NCBI GenBank assembly: GCA_947457255.1
Contig: CANGUZ010000002.1
Span: 22,431-86,430, forward strand
Reading direction: 5' to 3'
DNA from: Flavobacteriaceae bacterium
GTDB taxonomy: Bacteria; Bacteroidota; Bacteroidia; Flavobacteriales; Flavobacteriaceae
Length of the DNA stretch: 64,000 nt
The notes under the pieces were generated by a model that searched no databases, was not told the origin of the DNA, and worked only from the letters and a program-made list of their open reading frames with translations. A program made the position numbers and the translations under genes. How positions within the stretch are numbered: the stretch's first letter is position 1; every line of letters starts with the position of its first letter. Positions 58,339 to 64,000 of the stretch are shown here, piece after piece.

Positions 58339-58689
58339 ATGAAAACAATAATTACACTAGTATTCGTTTTATCTTTTCATTTTATAAATGCTCAAGATGT
58401 TAAAAAACCAATAGAAACTCAAATTGTTGAGGTTTCTTGTGGACAATGTCAATTTGGGATGAAAGGCAAAAAGGGATGTGATTTAGCCACGCGTATTGAT
58501 GGTAAATCCTATTTTGTTGACGGAACAACCTTAGATAATCATGGAGATGCACATGCAAAAGATGGTTTTTGTTCTACGATAAGAAAAGCCGAAGTTGTTG
58601 GTGAAGTAAAAAACGACCGTTTTGTTGCAACATCATTCAAATTGCTTCCTGTAGAAGATCACGATGACCACAGAGGTCACAATCATTAA
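58339..58689 (+). CDS. DUF6370-like exported Cys/His-rich protein
   Basis: Signal peptide, CGQCQF, GCDLA, HGDAH..DGFC. Confidence 0.75.
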   Translation: MKTIITLVFVLSFHFINAQDVKKPIETQIVEVSCGQCQFGMKGKKGCDLATRIDGKSYFVDGTTLDNHGDAHAKDGFCSTIRKAEVVGEVKNDRFVATSFKLLPVEDHDDHRGHNH

Positions 58690-58767
58690 AAAATTACGGT
58701 CTTGAAATAAATATCAAGATCGTTTTTTATGCTCACATTTCACAAACTTTTATTGTATTTTTGAAAT

Positions 58768-59343
58768 ATGAGCTTGATTATTCAAAACATTTCAAAACAC
58801 ATTTCTTTAACCCAAGAAGAAGAGTTCTTATTTCTGTCTAAAACCCAAATTCTAAACTACAAAGCCAAAACCATTATACTTCATTCTGGAGAAATTTGCA
58901 AACATTCTTATTTTGTCAACAACGGATTATTACGAAGTTTTAATATTAATGATAATATTGTAGAACATGTTTTGCATTTTGCCTGTGAAGGTTGGTGGAT
59001 TGGTGACATGTATAGCCTGATATCGCAAAAACCAGGTAATTTATTTATTGAAGTATTGGAAGATGCCGAAGTCGTTTTGTTATCAAAAGAAAACCAAGAA
59101 CAACTGTTTATCGAAATTCCTAAACTAGAACGCTTTTTTAGAATATTAACCGAAAATTCGTTGGTTTCAAATCAAGAACGATTGATGGATAATTTAAGTT
59201 TATCTGCAGAAGAACGCTTCGAAAAATTTTGTAAAAAATACCCAAGCCTGATTCAAAAAGTTCCTCAAAAGCAAATTGCTTCCTATATAGGCGTAACCCC
59301 CGAGTTTTTTAGTAAGATGAAAAGTAAAATCTTGCGAAAATAA
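58768..59343 (+). CDS. Crp/Fnr family regulator
   Basis: cNMP-type domain GLLRSF; HTH IASYIGVTPEFFS. Confidence 0.9.
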   Translation: MSLIIQNISKHISLTQEEEFLFLSKTQILNYKAKTIILHSGEICKHSYFVNNGLLRSFNINDNIVEHVLHFACEGWWIGDMYSLISQKPGNLFIEVLEDAEVVLLSKENQEQLFIEIPKLERFFRILTENSLVSNQERLMDNLSLSAEERFEKFCKKYPSLIQKVPQKQIASYIGVTPEFFSKMKSKILRK

Positions 59344-59346
59344 TTT

Positions 59347-59362
59347 CTTAATCTACATTAAG
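59347..59362. promoter_or_regulatory. Crp/Fnr-type palindrome upstream of the pirin promoter
   Basis: CTTAAT-CTAC-ATTAAG; TAAATTTG -7 box at 59385-59392. Confidence 0.65.
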
Positions 59363-59421
59363 CGACTTTCGAATATATCAGTTATAAATTTGTATCACAA
59401 TAATTACTAAATTTATTTTAT

Positions 59422-60135
59422 ATGAAAAATACAGTTTTACATAAAGCAAATACCAGAGGCCATGCCAATCATGGCTGGTTAAACGCGTATCATAGTTTTA
59501 GTTTTGCCAGTTGGTACAATCCAGAAAGAGTTCAGTTTGGTACTTTACGAGTTTTAAACGACGATACTGTTGCTGCAGGCATGGGCTTTGGAACGCATCC
59601 CCATGACAATATGGAAATTATTACCATTCCTTTAGAGGGCGATTTAGCACATAAAGACAGCATGGGAAACATCGAAACTATAAAAACAGGTGAAGTTCAA
59701 GTAATGAGTGCAGGAACTGGAATTCAACACAGCGAATTTAATCCGAATCATGATAGACATACTAAATTGTTTCAAATATGGTTATTTCCAAAAACTAGAA
59801 ATGTAGCCCCTAGATACCAACAAATAAAGTTAAATGTAAGAGAACAAAAAAATAATTTTGCACAAATTCTTTCTCCAAATGCAGATGATGAAGGTGTTTG
59901 GATTCATCAAGATGCTTGGTTTCATTTAGCTGATTTTGATAAAGGCTTTTCTAAAACATACGAATTAAAAAAAGCTGGAAACGGAATGTATGTCTTTGTA
60001 ATTTCGGGAAATATAACTGTAGACGGTCAGGAATTAGAAACGCGTGACGGTTTAGGAATTACAGATTTTCAAAATTTAGAAATAAAAGCTTCAACTGATG
60101 CAAAGTTTTTATTGATGGAAATTCCTATGGAATAA
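59422..60135 (+). CDS. Pirin family protein (YhhW-like)
   Basis: HGWL, HSFSF, HPHDNMEI, MSAGTGIQHSE. Confidence 0.93.
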   Translation: MKNTVLHKANTRGHANHGWLNAYHSFSFASWYNPERVQFGTLRVLNDDTVAAGMGFGTHPHDNMEIITIPLEGDLAHKDSMGNIETIKTGEVQVMSAGTGIQHSEFNPNHDRHTKLFQIWLFPKTRNVAPRYQQIKLNVREQKNNFAQILSPNADDEGVWIHQDAWFHLADFDKGFSKTYELKKAGNGMYVFVISGNITVDGQELETRDGLGITDFQNLEIKASTDAKFLLMEIPME

Positions 60136-60158
60136 TAACCTATTATAAAAGTAAATAA

Positions 60159-60686
60159 ATGAAAAAAATTATCGCTTTCGGTGCTTCATCTAGTAAAACT
60201 TCAATAAACAAACAATTGGCCATTTATGCAGCAAACTTATTTAAAAGTGCTACCGTAGAAGTTTTAGATTTAAATGATTATGAAATGCCTATTTTCTCAG
60301 TAGACAAAGAAAAAGAAAGTGGCATCCCGCAATTGGCTCATGATTTCTTTACTAAAATTGGAAGTGCCGATTTAATTGTTATTTCTTTTGCTGAACATAA
60401 TGGTTCATATTCCGCAGCATTTAAAAATATTTTCGATTGGAGCTCTAGAATTAATGCTAAAACGTTTCAAGAAAAACCAACGCTGTTGTTGTCTACTTCG
60501 CCTGGTCCAAGAGGTGGGGCAACAGTTTTAGAAATTGTAAAAAACAGATTCCCTTTTCAAGGAGCTATCGTAAAAGGCAGTTTCTCTTTACCAAGTTTTC
60601 ATCAAAATTTTGAGGCTGAAAAAGGAATCATTAATAATGAGTTTAAAAATCAATTAAATGAAATAATAAATGCTATAGAATTCTAA
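60159..60686 (+). CDS. NADPH-dependent FMN reductase
   Basis: SSSKTSIN, EHNGSY, KNIFDW, STSPG.RGG. Confidence 0.9.
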   Translation: MKKIIAFGASSSKTSINKQLAIYAANLFKSATVEVLDLNDYEMPIFSVDKEKESGIPQLAHDFFTKIGSADLIVISFAEHNGSYSAAFKNIFDWSSRINAKTFQEKPTLLLSTSPGPRGGATVLEIVKNRFPFQGAIVKGSFSLPSFHQNFEAEKGIINNEFKNQLNEIINAIEF

Positions 60687-60790
60687 AATAAATTAAGGCA
60701 TACCATAACATTTTTTAATTTTAATTAATTGTTACATTTACTACTTTTGTAAACTGTTTTTAACATTTTTAAATTTTTAAAATCAAATTA

Positions 60791-61663
60791 ATGAAAGCAT
60801 ATATTTTTCCGGGTCAAGGCGCACAATTTTCAGGAATGGGCAAAGAATTATACGAAAACTCATCTTTAGCAAAAGAATTGTTCGAAAAGGCTAATGAAAT
60901 ATTAGGATTTAGAATCACTGATATCATGTTTAGAGGCACCGCTGAAGAATTGAAAGAAACTAAAGTAACACAGCCAGCCGTTTTTTTACATTCAGTAATC
61001 TTAGCTAAAACTTTAGATGATTTTAAACCAGAAATGGTTGCCGGACACTCATTAGGAGAATTTTCAGCTTTGGTTGCTAATGGAGCTTTGTCTTTTGAAG
61101 ACGGATTAAAATTAGTTTCTAAGCGTGCTTTAGCCATGCAAAAAGCTTGTGAGATTAGTCCATCAACTATGGCAGCGGTATTAAACTTAGCAGATGAAGT
61201 TGTTGAACAAGTTTGCGATTCAATAGATGGAGTTGTTGTAGCTGCAAATTACAATTGTCCTGGACAATTGGTTATTTCTGGCGAGTATAAAGCAGTTGAA
61301 TCAGCTTGTGAAAAAATGAAAGAAGCCGGAGCAAAACGAGCCTTGATTTTACCTGTTGGTGGTGCATTTCACTCTCCAATGATGGAGCCCGCAAGAGAAG
61401 AATTAGCAGCGGCTATCGAAGCAACTACTTTTTCTACTCCTATTTGTCCTGTATATCAGAATGTTACTGCAAGTGCAGTTTCTGACCCTAATGAAATAAA
61501 GAAAAATCTAATTATTCAACTAACTGCTCCTGTACGATGGACTCAGTCTGTAAATCAGATGATACAAGATGGAGCGACTAGTTTTACAGAAGTTGGACCA
61601 GGCAAGGTTTTAACAGGTTTAGTTAATAAGATTAATAAAGAAGTAGAAACGATTAATGCATAA
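60791..61663 (+). CDS. fabD: Malonyl-CoA:ACP transacylase
   Basis: FPGQGAQ, GHSLGE, AFHS, EVGPG. Confidence 0.97.
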   Translation: MKAYIFPGQGAQFSGMGKELYENSSLAKELFEKANEILGFRITDIMFRGTAEELKETKVTQPAVFLHSVILAKTLDDFKPEMVAGHSLGEFSALVANGALSFEDGLKLVSKRALAMQKACEISPSTMAAVLNLADEVVEQVCDSIDGVVVAANYNCPGQLVISGEYKAVESACEKMKEAGAKRALILPVGGAFHSPMMEPAREELAAAIEATTFSTPICPVYQNVTASAVSDPNEIKKNLIIQLTAPVRWTQSVNQMIQDGATSFTEVGPGKVLTGLVNKINKEVETINA

Positions 61664-61674
61664 ATAAATTCAAT

Positions 61675-61944
61675 ATGAAAAATATCATTTTAAGTATCTC
61701 CATTGCTTTACTACTTGTTTCTTGCAAAGAAGAAACTAAAGACAAACTTAAAGAAGCCAAAGAAGCGCTTTCATTAGAGATGAAAAACGCTGTTGATTCT
61801 GTAAAAACTAAGGCTGAGACTGCACTCGATTCAGTTAAAACAAAAGCAAAATCTGATCTAGATAGTGTTATTACTAAAGGTAATTTAAAAGTAGATGAAG
61901 CGACTCAAAAAATTAAAGAAATAAAAGAAGTGATTAAAAAATAA
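61675..61944 (+). CDS. Small helical lipoprotein with 11-residue repeats
   Basis: LVSC lipobox; DSVKTKA repeats. Confidence 0.75.
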   Translation: MKNIILSISIALLLVSCKEETKDKLKEAKEALSLEMKNAVDSVKTKAETALDSVKTKAKSDLDSVITKGNLKVDEATQKIKEIKEVIKK

Positions 61945-61978
61945 AAGTAAGACCTCAAAATTTGAGGTCTTACTTTTT
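61943..61978. terminator. Bidirectional terminator
   Basis: AAAAGTAAGACCTCAAA-A-TTTGAGGTCTTACTTTT. Confidence 0.85.
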
Positions 61979-62003
61979 AAACTAAATTATTAAGTACTTT
62001 GTA

Positions 62004-63017
62004 TTAACTTCTAATTTTCTGTTCCCATTTCCAAGCGCTTGCCAAAGCCTCTTCAAGAGTAGATTGTGCTTTCCATCCTAAAACTGTATTGGCTTTATCT
62101 GTATTGGCATAAGCCGAAATAATATCTCCATCTCTTCTGCCAACAATTTTATAGGGTAATTTTTGCCCACTAACTTTTTCAAAAGCAGTAATTACTTCTA
62201 AAACCGAACTACCTGTTCCTGTTCCTAAATTAAAGGTTTCTACTTTTGCTACATTCTTTTTGTTTAATAATCTCTGTAAGGCTACTACATGAGCTTTAGC
62301 TAAATCAACAACATGAATATAATCACGAATACAAGTCCCATCAGGAGTTGGATAATCATCGCCGTAAACAGACAATTCTTTTCGCAAACCGATTCCCGTT
62401 TGGGTAATAAAAGGAACTAAATTTTGAGGAACACCTATTGGCAATTCACCAATTTCAGCAGTTGGATGGGCTCCCATCGGATTAAAATAACGCAATAAAA
62501 TAGCATTTACATTTGTTACTTTAGCAACATCAGTGATAATTTCTTCTCCGATTTGCTTTGTATTGCCATACGGAGACATGGCTACCTGAACTGAAGCATC
62601 TTCAGTAATTGGCATTTTTTCAGCCTCGCCATAAACGGTACAAGAAGAGCTAAAAATAAAATGAGCTTCAGGTTTTTGCTGTAACTCTTGTAAAATATAA
62701 ACTAACGTGTTAATATTATTTTCATAATACAACAACGGATTTTCAACACTCTCTCCTACCGCTTTAGAAGCTGCAAAATGTATTACTCCAGCAACATCGT
62801 TATGTTTTTTAAAAAATGCTTCAACTTCATTTTTAATCTTTAAATCCATTTTTTCGAAAATAGGTGTCTTTCCAGAAATAGCGACAATCCCTTTTAAAAC
62901 ATCTTCAGATGAATTAGAAAGATTATCAATTATTACTACTTCAAAACCCTCGTTTTGAAGTTCGACTACAGTATGTGAACCAATAAAACCTAAGCCTCCT
63001 GTTACTAAAATCTTCAT
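62004..63017 (-). CDS. galE: UDP-glucose 4-epimerase
   Basis: GGLGFIGSH, KAVGES, YGNTK, LRYFNP, RDYIHV. Confidence 0.96.
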   Translation of the reverse strand: MKILVTGGLGFIGSHTVVELQNEGFEVVIIDNLSNSSEDVLKGIVAISGKTPIFEKMDLKIKNEVEAFFKKHNDVAGVIHFAASKAVGESVENPLLYYENNINTLVYILQELQQKPEAHFIFSSSCTVYGEAEKMPITEDASVQVAMSPYGNTKQIGEEIITDVAKVTNVNAILLRYFNPMGAHPTAEIGELPIGVPQNLVPFITQTGIGLRKELSVYGDDYPTPDGTCIRDYIHVVDLAKAHVVALQRLLNKKNVAKVETFNLGTGTGSSVLEVITAFEKVSGQKLPYKIVGRRDGDIISAYANTDKANTVLGWKAQSTLEEALASAWKWEQKIRS

Positions 63018-63027
63018 TTTTTGTGTT

Positions 63028-64000
63028 TTAATTTAAATATTCTAAAATGCTGTTTGTTATAAATTGTATTTGCTCGTCATCAAGCTCTGTATGCATAGGT
63101 AAAGAAATAACTTCTTTTACCAACTGATTGGTTACTGGGAAATCTTCTTCTTTGTAACGAATATCCAAATAGGCTTTTTGAGAATGTAACGGAATTGGGT
63201 AGTATATTGCACAAGGTATTCCTTTATCTAATAAATGTTGCATTAATCCGTCTCGATTGGCATCTTTTATTCTAAGTGTATATTGATGAAAAACATGGCA
63301 ATCACAAATATCACATATACTTGGTGCAATTATATTTTTATGTCCATCTAGTGCTGCAGTATATTTTCTTGCCGCATTTTGTCGTGCAAGATTGTATTGA
63401 TCTAACAGAGGTAATTTTGAATTTAATACCGCAGCCTGAATACTATCTAAACGTGAATTAACTCCAACAACATCATGATGGTAACGAACATACATACCGT
63501 GATTTACAATCCCTCTCAATTTATGAGCTAAGTTATCATCATTGGTAAAAATGGCTCCACCGTCTCCGTAAGCTCCTAAATTTTTAGAAGGAAAAAAAGA
63601 AGTTGCTCCAACATGACCTATAGTTCCAGCTTTCTTTTTTGTGCCATCAGAAAATTTGCAATTGGCTCCAATTGCTTGTGCATTATCTTCAATAACATAT
63701 AAATTGTGCTCTTTTGCAATTCTCATGATAGCTTCCATATTCGCAGCACGACCAAACAAATGTACTGGCACAATGGCTTTTGTTTTTGGTGTAATCGCTT
63801 TTTTTATCGCTTCTATAGAAATATTCATGTTTACAATATCTACATCAACTAAAACGGGTGTCAATTGAAGTAGCGCAATAACTTCTACTGTTGCAGCAAA
63901 AGTAAAATCGGCAGTAATGACTTCGTCTCCTGGTTTTAAATCTAATCCCATCATGGCAATTTGCAAAGCATCAGTACCATTTGCACAAGGAATAACATGT
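63028..64000 (-). CDS. DegT/DnrJ/EryC1 sugar aminotransferase, 5' end outside window
   Basis: HVIPCANGTDALQIA at the window edge; EDNAQA, SFFPSKNLG, NSRLD. Confidence 0.93.
   Translation of the reverse strand, partial: HVIPCANGTDALQIAMMGLDLKPGDEVITADFTFAATVEVIALLQLTPVLVDVDIVNMNISIEAIKKAITPKTKAIVPVHLFGRAANMEAIMRIAKEHNLYVIEDNAQAIGANCKFSDGTKKKAGTIGHVGATSFFPSKNLGAYGDGGAIFTNDDNLAHKLRGIVNHGMYVRYHHDVVGVNSRLDSIQAAVLNSKLPLLDQYNLARQNAARKYTAALDGHKNIIAPSICDICDCHVFHQYTLRIKDANRDGLMQHLLDKGIPCAIYYPIPLHSQKAYLDIRYKEEDFPVTNQLVKEVISLPMHTELDDEQIQFITNSILEYLN

Overview
AT-rich chromosomal window from a Flavobacterium-like Bacteroidota, judged by TAnnTTTG -7 promoter boxes, T9SS cargo and Plug genes, and gene content. 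Most of it is housekeeping (dnaB, accA, lptF/G, tgt, split transketolase, aroK, rmuC, gpmI, map, apaG, pruA, rsmG, fabD, galE) plus four tRNAs. It also holds a B12-binding MerR-crtIBZ carotenoid cluster, an ECF sigma/anti-sigma/DUF4252 operon, a cobalamin-riboswitch btuBG locus with divergent btuFCD, and an LRR-DUF2490-TetR-ABC/HlyD/TolC operon. The most unusual region is 12.6-14.9 kb. There a tRNA cluster contains a tRNA-Lys 3'-half copy with a hairpin inserted in its T-loop. It is followed by a small island with no integrase, whose genes (parDE and two unknown ORFs) are arranged like integron cassettes separated by non-canonical attC-like sites. Several families of short-repeat palindromes sit in intergenic DNA, one of them inside the B12 riboswitch. 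Family assignments come from recognising motifs by eye; no searches were run.
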